Part shown: piece after piece, positions 1 through 7,433 of the stretch | Layout: every line of letters starts with the position of its first letter | Position numbering within the stretch: the first letter of the stretch is position 1 | From: Micropepsaceae bacterium | GTDB lineage: Bacteria > Pseudomonadota > Alphaproteobacteria > Micropepsales > Micropepsaceae | Reading direction: 5' to 3' | Length of the DNA: 64,000 bases | Assembly: GCA_036273455.1 (NCBI GenBank) | Contig: DASUHP010000033.1 | Location: 13,967-77,966 of the forward strand | Notes under the pieces: model-generated | Seen by the model: the letters and a program-made list of their open reading frames with translations, nothing else | Database searches by the model: none | Told to the model about the DNA's origin: nothing | Translations under genes and position numbers: made by a program

Positions 1-540
1 AGTGAGTTGACATGCGCCTATGCGGCGCGCGCATTGTCACCTGCTGAAGCCGCGGCAGCCGAACGGCATATTCGCTCTTGTGCCGTGTGTCAGCGCGAAG
101 TTGACAGTCTGCGCCCGGTGCTCGAAGCATTTGTCTCATGGCCCACGGACATCCTGTGTCCGGCTGCGTCCGTGCAGGCGCGACTTGCCGCGCGGATTTC
201 CGGCGCGGCGGAACACGATGTGAGTCCGGCACCGCTATACAGCGAGCCCGATTGGGAGCAAGTCGCACCAGGGATCGAGTGCAAACTGCTTGCGACCGAC
301 GCGGAGCGGCACCGGGTGAGTATGCTGGTACGGCTGGCACCTGGCGCCAGCTACCCCGCGCACAGTCATGCCGGCGAAGAAGAGCTGCATCTGCTGCAGG
401 GAGAGCTGTGGATCGACGGCCGCAAATTGATGCCCGGTGACTACAATTACGGCGCACCTGGAGCAGGCGACGAACAGGTCTGGAGCGAAACCGGTTGCAC
501 CTGCTTTTTGATGACCAGCACGCGGGATATCCTCCGCTGA
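1..540 (+). CDS. ChrR-like (ZAS family) anti-sigma factor with C-terminal cupin, 5' end cut by the window edge
   Basis: The frame of ORF 7..540 stays open back to nt 1. It has the zinc motif H-x3-C-x2-C ('ERHIRSCAVCQ'), then a cupin-like 'AHSHAGEEELHLLQGELWIDG'. Confidence 0.6.
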   Translation, partial: SELTCAYAARALSPAEAAAAERHIRSCAVCQREVDSLRPVLEAFVSWPTDILCPAASVQARLAARISGAAEHDVSPAPLYSEPDWEQVAPGIECKLLATDAERHRVSMLVRLAPGASYPAHSHAGEEELHLLQGELWIDGRKLMPGDYNYGAPGAGDEQVWSETGCTCFLMTSTRDILR

Positions 541-567
541 ACCGGTGGGATTTCTGGTTTCAGACTG

Positions 568-744
568 TCAGCCAACTGCGCCACGTGTCGTGACGAGGAA
601 CAGCATCATTCCGCCGGCCAACAGGAAAATGGCCGTCCACAAGGCATAGACCAACGGTTCCTTCACGACCGCCGTCGTGACAGACAAGACGGCGTACCGG
701 CCAACATCAAACACTGAAACCAGGGTCGGTTCATGATTGCTCAT
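568..744 (-). CDS. hypothetical small membrane protein (58 aa, below the ORF-track cutoff)
   Basis: Hand translation gives MSNHEPTLVSVFDVGRYAVLSVTTAVVKEPLVYALWTAIFLLAGGMMLFLVTTRGAVG*. ATG is preceded by GAAGGA at about 8 nt. One clear hydrophobic helix. Confidence 0.3.
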   Translation of the reverse strand: MSNHEPTLVSVFDVGRYAVLSVTTAVVKEPLVYALWTAIFLLAGGMMLFLVTTRGAVG

Positions 745-906
745 GTTGCGATTCCTTCAGACGGGCGCAGGGTAACGGCAGGCCGGTGAATTTGTTTTAA
801 GCACATCCATTGCATCCGCTGAGTGCGGTTAACTATCCCGCGTTTACAGAACATTTGCCATGTTCCGCATGTTGCGTTTGCCGCGCAGATTGATTGTATA
901 GACGGC

Positions 907-1110
907 ATGATTGATCGGACCAGAACCAATGACCGTGTCGCGCATGGTGTCAGGCGGCAATACAACTGCGTGGTGTGCGGGGCAAAGATGCGGCTGAAGC
1001 GCCGGCAGTCGCATCCGACGCGTGGGGCGGCCTACGAGTTACAGACCTATGTGTGCCGCGGGTGTGGCAACACGCTTCAGGTGAACGAGCCCACGCCAGA
1101 TGCAGTTTGA
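907..1110 (+). CDS. hypothetical small zinc-ribbon protein
   Basis: Two CxxC pairs ('CVVCGAKM...CRGCGNT'). I used the internal ATG at 907 of ORF 823..1110. No family recognised. Confidence 0.35.
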   Translation: MIDRTRTNDRVAHGVRRQYNCVVCGAKMRLKRRQSHPTRGAAYELQTYVCRGCGNTLQVNEPTPDAV

Positions 1111-1269
1111 CGCGGCGGGAGCTGGATGACTGCTTTGGCCGCAATTCGGACGCGGCTTTCGCGCGTAACCGAACTCCGGACACGTTTGTGAGAGAGTCGT
1201 GGACATGCGATCCGGCAACCATGACATAGAGCGCCGTGACGTCCAGCATCCAGCAGCAGTGAGCGCAAA

Positions 1270-1611
1270 TTGGAAATCGTAGCCGAGATTTTTCGTGACC
1301 TCCTGATTTTCGTCGGCGCCATGTTCGTCCTTTTGATCGCGCTCATCGTCGTCGTTTCAAGGCTCAACGACGAAAACCCGTTGAAGCGGGTTTTGTCGGC
1401 CTTGAGCTACCGGGCAGCGGCCACATTGGCGGCCGGGGCGGTCGCGCTTCCAATTGAGTTTGTACCCGGCATCGACGCTCTCTATGACATAGCGGCGCCG
1501 ATCGGCCTTGTCTGGTTCTGGTACACGTTTTTCCGGGATCTCCATCGGGGCGCGCTGCTGTCCGGGAACCGCCCGCCGCAATCAAAGCCGATGAAGGTTC
1601 AGACGCGCTGA
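1270..1611 (+). CDS. hypothetical membrane protein
   Basis: ORF with 2-3 hydrophobic segments, followed by a strong terminator. Start uncertain (TTG 1270 or ATG 1321). Confidence 0.45.
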   Translation: MEIVAEIFRDLLIFVGAMFVLLIALIVVVSRLNDENPLKRVLSALSYRAAATLAAGAVALPIEFVPGIDALYDIAAPIGLVWFWYTFFRDLHRGALLSGNRPPQSKPMKVQTR

Positions 1612-1636
1612 CCTCTACTGACCCACGCGAAAAACA

Positions 1637-1665
1637 AAGGGCGGCTCAAGGCCGCCCTTTTTATC
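1637..1665. terminator. bidirectional rho-independent terminator between convergent genes
   Basis: Perfect 9-bp stem AAGGGCGGC / GCCGCCCTT with a 5-nt loop. It has a T-run on the + strand and an A-run upstream (a T-run on the - strand). Confidence 0.65.
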
Positions 1666-1683
1666 AACGCGTCAGCCGGTGCT

Positions 1684-2037
1684 TTATTGCGCCGGGCCGT
1701 TTGCGTTTGGATTGGCCGGCACGGTCATCCACTGGCCGCACTCCCGGATATAGGGATAATAGCCCTGCGGATTGTTGCAGTAGTACCAGTAACCGGGATT
1801 GGGCGCTGCGGGTGCGGCCACGGGGGGCGCGACATAGCCCTGCTGCACAACCACGGGAGGCGGTGCGTAATAGACCGGCGGCGGCACCCAAAGCGGTGCA
1901 TAAATGCCAAAACCGATCCTCGGTCCGACAAAGAAATGCGGGCCGTAAAAACCGCCCCGCCACGCCGCATCTGCGCTTCCCGCCATCGCGACCGCGGCAA
2001 CGGCCACGGCTGCCCCTGCCAACAGAACTCTACGCAT
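1684..2037 (-). CDS. secreted proline-rich protein with C-terminal WYYC..P.GYYPYIR.C...W..VP module
   Basis: Signal peptide 'MRRVLLAGAAVAVAAVAMAGSADA'. GAGGAG lies upstream of ATG 2037. C-terminus is 'GYWYYCNNPQGYYPYIRECGQWMTVP'. A paralogous module occurs at 14292..15002. Confidence 0.6.
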   Translation of the reverse strand: MRRVLLAGAAVAVAAVAMAGSADAAWRGGFYGPHFFVGPRIGFGIYAPLWVPPPVYYAPPPVVVQQGYVAPPVAAPAAPNPGYWYYCNNPQGYYPYIRECGQWMTVPANPNANGPAQ

Positions 2038-2651
2038 CGTCATCTCCTCGCTTGTCCGATTTCCTGAATCTGGAAATTCCGAAATCGAATTTCGAGAACA
2101 GGGGATAATCAAGCGGAGGTGAACCGAAGCTGAACCACGCCCAAGGTCCGGCCAAATTCAACGACTCCAAGACCTTACGAAAGGGATGGGCGGCCGCGGT
2201 CGCCCCTGGAGCGAGCATTTTGATGCAAATGCACCATGGGGCGACGCTGGCGCCCAAATGACCACGGCTTGTGAACAAGCCTGTCGATACCTCTGTGGAT
2301 ACCACCTGCGCCGCTGTGGATGGATGGTGGGATAAGCCGATGGGCGAAGATATCCGGCGTGAATTCCCCTCCGAAAAATCACGTTGACCGGGTTGCGCGG
2401 ACGGCCATCGTGACGAGCGCGGACTTGGGTAGACGCGATCTCAGGCACGACACCGATTTCCACTCCGTCTACGGTTGGGAGCTTCGGGCATCGTCGGGAT
2501 TTCCCACGGCCCGAAAGGCGGCCACATCGGCCAATTCACGCTCACGCTCAACTATCTCTGACGCGGCCCGGCGGGTTCCCGCGAAAAATTAGGGTTGAAC
2601 CGCGGGCGAATTGAATGCAAGCAGGAGGCCTCATTCGGGTGAGGCGGCGAG

Positions 2652-3248
2652 TTGCGGGCAGGACAATCAGTAAAGGACAATCCGGTGCGCGAGCAGCTAC
2701 TGTTTCTGCGCGGGCTGATCGCGAATCCCGCAAATGTCGGCGCGATTGCGCCATCGAGTCCGGCACTGGCGCGTGCCGTCGCTGCCCAGGTCGATCCTGA
2801 CACCGATGGGCCGGTGCTGGAACTCGGTCCCGGCACCGGCTCGATGACGCGTGAACTGCTCAAGCGCGGCATTGAGCCCGAGCGGATGGTGGCGATTGAA
2901 TGGGACGCTAATTTTGCACGTACCATCGCCGCCGAATTCCCGGGTGTGAAGGTGATCCGCGGCGACGCATTCGATCTGGATGGGACGCTGCCGAAGCGCG
3001 GCTATGCAAAATTTGCGGCGATCATCTCCGGCATTCCGCTGCTCAATCATTCCGCGGACAGGCGCCGCGCCCTGGTGGAAGGGGCATTCCGGCGCTTGCA
3101 GCCGGGCGGACCGATGATCCAGTTTTCCTATGGTTTATCCGCGCCGGTGAAACCGCCGCGGGGAATTTCCGTACGCCGCGCAGCCTATGTGTGGGCAAAT
3201 CTGCCGCCGGCCAGCGTGTGGGTGTACCGGAAGAGAAGCGAGAAATGA
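2652..3248 (+). CDS. class I SAM-dependent methyltransferase, phospholipid N-methyltransferase (Sinorhizobium PmtA-type) candidate
   Basis: SAM motif 'VLELGPGTG', plus 'NPANVGAIAPSS', 'GDAFDL' and a C-terminal 'PPASVWVYRK', as I recall for PmtA-type enzymes. About 200 aa. It sits next to pssA/psd. Start uncertain (TTG 2652 or GTG 2685). Confidence 0.6.
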   Translation: MRAGQSVKDNPVREQLLFLRGLIANPANVGAIAPSSPALARAVAAQVDPDTDGPVLELGPGTGSMTRELLKRGIEPERMVAIEWDANFARTIAAEFPGVKVIRGDAFDLDGTLPKRGYAKFAAIISGIPLLNHSADRRRALVEGAFRRLQPGGPMIQFSYGLSAPVKPPRGISVRRAAYVWANLPPASVWVYRKRSEK

Positions 3249-3327
3249 GGAGCGAGGAGCGAGAGTTTCGTTTCTCGCTTCTGACTCGTCGTTTCTCGCT
3301 CCTCGCTTCTCGTTCCTCGCTCCTCAC
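3233..3327. repeat. about 95-nt imperfect palindrome built from GAG(G/A)AGC units and their complement
   Basis: Left half is GAGAAGCGAGAAATGAGGAGCGAGGAGCGAGAG. Right half is TTTCTCGCTTCTG...TTTCTCGCTCCTCGCTTCTCGTTCCTCGCTCCTCAC. Several alternative long pairings are possible. Confidence 0.7.
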
Positions 3328-4507
3328 TTATCCCGGGCTGCGCGAGATTCCGCGGGGCGTGTGGGCGCTCGGCTTTGTCAGCCTGTTCATGGATATCTCC
3401 TCGGAAATGATCCATGGCCTGCTGCCGGTGTTCCTGATCACCGTCCTCGGTGCGAGCACGGAAGTGGTCGGGCTCATCGAGGGCGTCGGGGAGGCCACTG
3501 CGTCCGTATCCAAACTTGGCTCGGGCTGGCTGTCGGACAAACTCGGAAAGCGAAAAGCTCTCACTGTCCTCGGCTATGGCCTCGGCGCTGTGTCCAAACC
3601 GCTGTTCGCCATCGCGCCGACGGCTTTCGTCGTTCTCGGGGCACGCTTTTCGGATCGCGTCGGCAAAGGCATACGTGGCGCGCCGCGCGACGCCATGATC
3701 GGCGAGATGGTGCAGGCGGGACAACGTGGCGCGTCCTATGGGCTGCGCCAGGCGCTCGATTCAGTCGGTGCGTTTACCGGACCGCTGCTCGCGATTGTGT
3801 TGATGGCGGTGCTGCATGACAATTTTCGCCTGATTTTCTGGCTGGCGGTCATCCCGGGCGGCATTTCCGTACTCATCCTGATGATCGCCGTGCGCGAACC
3901 GCAAAACGCCGGCCCGGTGCGGCGCGCTGCCATCGAACTTCGCGATCTGAAAGCCATCGGCGGCGGATATTGGCTCGTGGCCGGCATCGGCGTGGTGCTG
4001 ACGCTGGCGCGGTTCAGCGAAGCCTTTCTGATCCTGCGGGCCCAGAACGCCGGACTTTCGCTCGCGCTGGCCCCGCTGGTGCTGGTCGTGATGAATATCG
4101 TCTATTCGCTCAGCGCCTATCCGCTGGGCTGGCTGTCAGACCGCATTGACCGGCGGCTGATGCTGGCGGCCGGCTTCGCCACTCTCATTGCCGCCGATGT
4201 GGTTTTGGCGGCGGCGCCAAATCTGGCGATTGTCATGATTGGCGTTGCGCTGTGGGGTTTGCATATGGGCATGACGCAGGGGCTGCTTTCGGCCGTGGTC
4301 GCCGATGAGTCTCCCGCTCACCTGAGGGCGACGGCGTTTGGCGTTTTCAATTTCGCCAGTGGCTTCGCGCTGCTGCTGGCGAGCCTGGTGGCGGGCGTGT
4401 TGTGGGAACAGATCGGACCGGCAGCGACGTTTATCGCCGGTGCGGTGTTTACGGCGGTGGGACTTTCAATCCTGTTTGTGACGCGGGGGATGCGGACGGT
4501 GGCTTGA
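3245..4507 (+). CDS. MFS transporter
   Basis: About 12 hydrophobic segments. The N-terminal 'IPRGVWALGFVSLFMDISSEMIHGLLPVFL' is typical of one MFS subfamily. ATG 3245 overlaps the upstream stop (ATGA), but the first ~30 codons are the palindromic repeat, so the true start may be CTG 3338 or GTG 3359. Confidence 0.75.
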   Translation: MRSEEREFRFSLLTRRFSLLASRSSLLTYPGLREIPRGVWALGFVSLFMDISSEMIHGLLPVFLITVLGASTEVVGLIEGVGEATASVSKLGSGWLSDKLGKRKALTVLGYGLGAVSKPLFAIAPTAFVVLGARFSDRVGKGIRGAPRDAMIGEMVQAGQRGASYGLRQALDSVGAFTGPLLAIVLMAVLHDNFRLIFWLAVIPGGISVLILMIAVREPQNAGPVRRAAIELRDLKAIGGGYWLVAGIGVVLTLARFSEAFLILRAQNAGLSLALAPLVLVVMNIVYSLSAYPLGWLSDRIDRRLMLAAGFATLIAADVVLAAAPNLAIVMIGVALWGLHMGMTQGLLSAVVADESPAHLRATAFGVFNFASGFALLLASLVAGVLWEQIGPAATFIAGAVFTAVGLSILFVTRGMRTVA

Positions 4508-4566
4508 AGCGTGAGCAAGCGCGCGCAGAACTGCCTTCGCTGCAAGCTTCGATACGACACCTGGGT

Positions 4567-4609
4567 CCCCTTCCCTCGCATCGCCATGCGATGCTCGCCG
4601 GGGATGACA
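4567..4609. repeat. intergenic repeat, family B half-unit (CCCTTCCCTCGC..palindrome..GGGGATGACA)
   Basis: CCCCTTCCCTCGCATCGCCATGCGATGCTCGCCGGGGATGACA closely resembles 15212..15249 (CCCTTCCCCTCGCGCTTCGCGCTCGGCCGGGAATGACA). It lies between convergent genes. Confidence 0.5.
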
Positions 4610-4613
4610 AATA

Positions 4614-5420
4614 TTATTTTGTCGGCTGTTCTTCGGCGTCTTCTTCGTTGGCGGCGTGGAGGCCGAAGGGAATCGCGCCGAGATAGACAGCAAGGCCGAA
4701 CAGCAACGTCGTCCAGGGCACGAAGACCATGGCCGGTATCAGGGCCAAACCGAGAACCCAGGCGGCAAATTTCGCGTGCTGGTCGAGCTTGATGTATTTC
4801 AGCGAGGGCGTGGGAACGCGGCTCACCATCAGCACGGACGTGATCCCGACGAGGCTGAGCGAGATTGCGGGCAGACGGACGAAATCCGCGGCGAACTCGA
4901 AATTCAGGAGCAGCGGCAGCAGCATGATGCAGGCCGCGGCCGGCGTCGGCAGGCCGGTGAAATAGGGATGCGATTGCGAGGCGCCTTCATCGCGCGAGGC
5001 CTCGATGTTGAAACGCGCCAGTCTGAGTGCGCTGCAGGCGCAGAAGATCAAGGCGGCGATCCAGCCGGCGCCGCCCATTTGCGACAGCGACCAGGTATAG
5101 ACCAAGACCGCGGGTGCGACGCCAAAACTGACCAGATCGGCCAGCGAATCGAGCTGCACGCCAAAGCGGCTGTCGGCCCCAAGCAAACGCGCGGCGCGGC
5201 CATCCAGCATGTCGAACAGCATGGCGCAGAAGATCGCGGCGACGGCCGGGCGCCAGTCGCCGGTGAGGGCAAAGCGGATCGACGTCGCGCCGGCACAGAG
5301 GCCGAGCAGCGTGAGCGCGCTTGGGATGACCCGGGAGATCGAAAGATCCTCCAGCCGGTCCTCAAGCCGCTCCAGCCGAACCGAAGCCCATTGTCTCGGA
5401 GTCAATCGATCATCACGCAT
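4614..5420 (-). CDS. pssA: CDP-diacylglycerol--serine O-phosphatidyltransferase
   Basis: CDP-alcohol phosphatidyltransferase motif DG-x2-AR-x8-G-x3-D-x3-D ('DGRAARLLGADSRFGVQLDSLAD'). Multi-pass membrane protein located downstream of psd. Confidence 0.85.
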   Translation of the reverse strand: MRDDRLTPRQWASVRLERLEDRLEDLSISRVIPSALTLLGLCAGATSIRFALTGDWRPAVAAIFCAMLFDMLDGRAARLLGADSRFGVQLDSLADLVSFGVAPAVLVYTWSLSQMGGAGWIAALIFCACSALRLARFNIEASRDEGASQSHPYFTGLPTPAAACIMLLPLLLNFEFAADFVRLPAISLSLVGITSVLMVSRVPTPSLKYIKLDQHAKFAAWVLGLALIPAMVFVPWTTLLFGLAVYLGAIPFGLHAANEEDAEEQPTK

Positions 5421-5481
5421 CTGTCGTACAATCCTGCTAGTGGTTTTCGTGCCGGGTTGCGCTCCCGGCCGATAAGGACAT

Positions 5482-6228
5482 TCAAGAACCCAGAGCGGCT
5501 GCGCGATCCTGCGGAACGCGTAAGTTGCCCTGTTGCGGCAGCGTCGCGAGCACCGTTTCGCCGGCCTTGACGCGGGCCCCTGCCACCACTGTTACGGCCG
5601 AACCGGGCGGAAGATAGACATCCAACCGGCTGCCGAAGCGGATAATCCCGAAACGTTCGCCCCGCCGCACGCTTTGCCCCCGGCCAAGCTCGCATTTGAT
5701 GCGCCGCGCGACCAAGCCGGCGATTTGTATCACGGCGAGCCCACCCCCGTCCTGATTTTCTTCAGGCTCGATGCGAATCGCCATCCGCTCATTATGTATG
5801 CTCGCCTTATCAAAGGAAGCGTTAAAAAACCGGCCTTCCCGGTAATTCAGTGCAATCACGCGGCCGTCAACCGGCATCCTGTTCACGTGAACGTTGAATA
5901 CATCCATGAAAATGCTGAGCCGCAGCCGCGGTGTTTCGCCCATGCCGAGTTCGGCGGGCGGGACGGCCGGGATGATCGGCAGCATTTTGCCGTCGGCCGG
6001 GCTGACGACCAGTCCCCTGCCCTTTGGAGTCACGCGTTCCGGATCGCGGAAGAATGCCACGCACCACATGGTGAAGGGCAGGCAGACGATTCCCACCGGC
6101 AGGTAGAGCCACAACAGCGCAGCATTGACGAGCACAGCCGGAGCAATGAACCGCCAGCCGTCGCGGTGAATGGGAATGCGCAACCGTTTCTCTCCAGGGA
6201 TTTTGGCTGCCCGATCTACAGCGGCCAC
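5482..6228 (-). CDS. psd: phosphatidylserine decarboxylase proenzyme
   Basis: Contains 'VVSPADGK', 'FMDVFNVHVNRMPVDGRV' and a self-cleavage Gly-Ser site in 'IIRFGSRLDVYLP'. Confidence 0.9.
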   Translation of the reverse strand: MAAVDRAAKIPGEKRLRIPIHRDGWRFIAPAVLVNAALLWLYLPVGIVCLPFTMWCVAFFRDPERVTPKGRGLVVSPADGKMLPIIPAVPPAELGMGETPRLRLSIFMDVFNVHVNRMPVDGRVIALNYREGRFFNASFDKASIHNERMAIRIEPEENQDGGGLAVIQIAGLVARRIKCELGRGQSVRRGERFGIIRFGSRLDVYLPPGSAVTVVAGARVKAGETVLATLPQQGNLRVPQDRAAALGS

Positions 6229-6341
6229 GCGCGTGAGTCGCGTATTTTAAGCGCGCGATTATCGCCCGGTTCTGCTTCCTGCGCCAGCAACGCGTTTGTG
6301 AGGGCAGTCAGCCCTCCCACGGAGAGCGTTGAATTTGATCG

Positions 6342-6905
6342 CTAGCGGTTGAGGCCGGGCTGCCACAGCACATCCGCGGCGCCGTTGTTGTTGGCCTGAC
6401 GTGCGAGGACGAAGAGCAGATCGGACAGGCGGTTGAGATATTTCAGCAGTTCCGGATTGATGGATTCGGCAGCTGCGAGTGCGGCGAGTTCGCATTCGGC
6501 GCGGCGGGTGATCGCGCGCGCGAGATGCAGATGCGCCGAGGCGGCGGACCCACCCGGCAGAATGAAACTCGTCAGCGCGTTCAAGCCGGCATTGACACGG
6601 TCGATTTCGCGTTCGAGCGCCGCGACCTGATCGGCGGCGATCCTGAGGCGCGGGCGCTTCGGATCATCGGATTGCGGCACGCAGAGATCGGCGCCGAGAT
6701 CGAACAGATCGTTCTGTATGCGGAGCAGGATGGCCGCGAGCGCGTTTTGCCCGGCATGGGCGATTACCACCCCGATGGCGGCGTTTGCTTCATCGACGGC
6801 GCCCATGGCGCGCACGCGCAGCGAATGTTTGGCGACTCTGGTGCCGTCGCCGAGCGATGTCGCTCCGGAGTCGCCGCCGCGGGTATAGATGCGATCGATT
6901 TTCAC
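6342..6905 (-). CDS. ATP:cob(I)alamin adenosyltransferase, PduO type
   Basis: The N-terminus 'MKIDRIYTRGGDSGATSLGDG' and the helical-bundle remainder are typical of PduO/MMAB-type adenosyltransferases. Confidence 0.85.
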   Translation of the reverse strand: MKIDRIYTRGGDSGATSLGDGTRVAKHSLRVRAMGAVDEANAAIGVVIAHAGQNALAAILLRIQNDLFDLGADLCVPQSDDPKRPRLRIAADQVAALEREIDRVNAGLNALTSFILPGGSAASAHLHLARAITRRAECELAALAAAESINPELLKYLNRLSDLLFVLARQANNNGAADVLWQPGLNR

Positions 6906-6978
6906 GGGGTGATATTTCCGAACGCCTCGTTGAATTTTCTCAAATTACCCCCACCCGAAAAATGCTGGGCATTTTTCG

Positions 6979-6999
6979 ACCTCCCCGCAAGGGGGAGGT
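6979..6999. repeat. intergenic hairpin repeat, family A (CCTCCCC-loop-GGGGAGG)
   Basis: ACCTCCCCGCAAGGGGGAGGT. A half copy (CTCCCCGCAAGAGCAAG) follows at 7069..7087. Confidence 0.6.
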
Positions 7000-7141
7000 T
7001 ACAATTTATGCTGGCCGATGCTCTCGCGGGGAAGGAGAAATCGGAGCGGAAACGCTGGCGCGTTTTGCATCTCCCCGCAAGAGCAAGTTGGGATTGGCCG
7101 GTGCGTTGACGGGCGAGGCGCGACTCGATTAAATCGGTCTT

Positions 7142-7291
7142 GTGCAGGTTCAAGGGAACGCGGTGCAAACCCGCGGCTGCCCCCGCAACTGTCACCGGCG
7201 AGCGCCGGCCCACATGCCACTGGGACAATCCCGGGAAGGCGGGCCTCTCATGCGGATCAAGACGCCGGAAGCCAGGAGACCTGGCCTGCAC
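7142..7291 (+). promoter_or_regulatory. cobalamin (B12) riboswitch aptamer
   Basis: P1 stem GTGCAGG (7142-7148) pairs with CCTGCAC (7285-7291). Conserved core 'AAGGGAACGCGGTGCAAACCCGCGGCTGCCCCCGCAACTGT', 'GCCACTGGGA', 'CCCGGGAAGGCG' and B12 box 'AAGCCAGGAGACCTGGCC'. It lies about 140 nt upstream of a TonB-dependent receptor. Confidence 0.9.
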
Positions 7292-7433
7292 GTCGTCCTG
7301 CTTTCGGCCGGGGTGTGCCGCAGGCTGCGGATAATCCGCTGTGGCGACGGGTCAAGAGTCGTTGCGGCGGGTGAGCTACGTCCCTTCACGCTTCTCGCCT
7401 TGCCGTCACGACTCCTCGCAACAGGAGGACGGA

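Noticed and set aside
2038-2651. About 600-nt gap with only weak ORFs (2320..2592 +, 2158..2463 -, 2030..2305 -). Checked as a possible ncRNA or pseudogene.
   Set aside because: No ORF has a recognisable motif or start context, and I see no tRNA or known RNA motif. A few short hairpins are present but nothing distinctive. Left unannotated.
4656-5570. Long ORFs antisense to, or overlapping, clearly recognisable genes. Examples: 4656..5570 +, 5533..6345 +, 7386..8213 -, 10338..11222 -, 24912..26213 -, 27678..28454 -, 39430..41040 +, 54532..55695 -, 58307..59320 -, 48899..49984 +.
   Set aside because: Their translations are Arg/Ala/Gly/Pro-rich with no motifs. They lie opposite or out of frame to genes with strong family signatures. 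This is the usual open-frame artefact of high-GC DNA.
7411-7430. SD-sequestering helix in the btuB expression platform, considered as a separate feature.
   Set aside because: Only a 5-bp stem (TCCTC/GAGGA) is evident. That is too weak to annotate separately, so it is mentioned only in the B12 finding.
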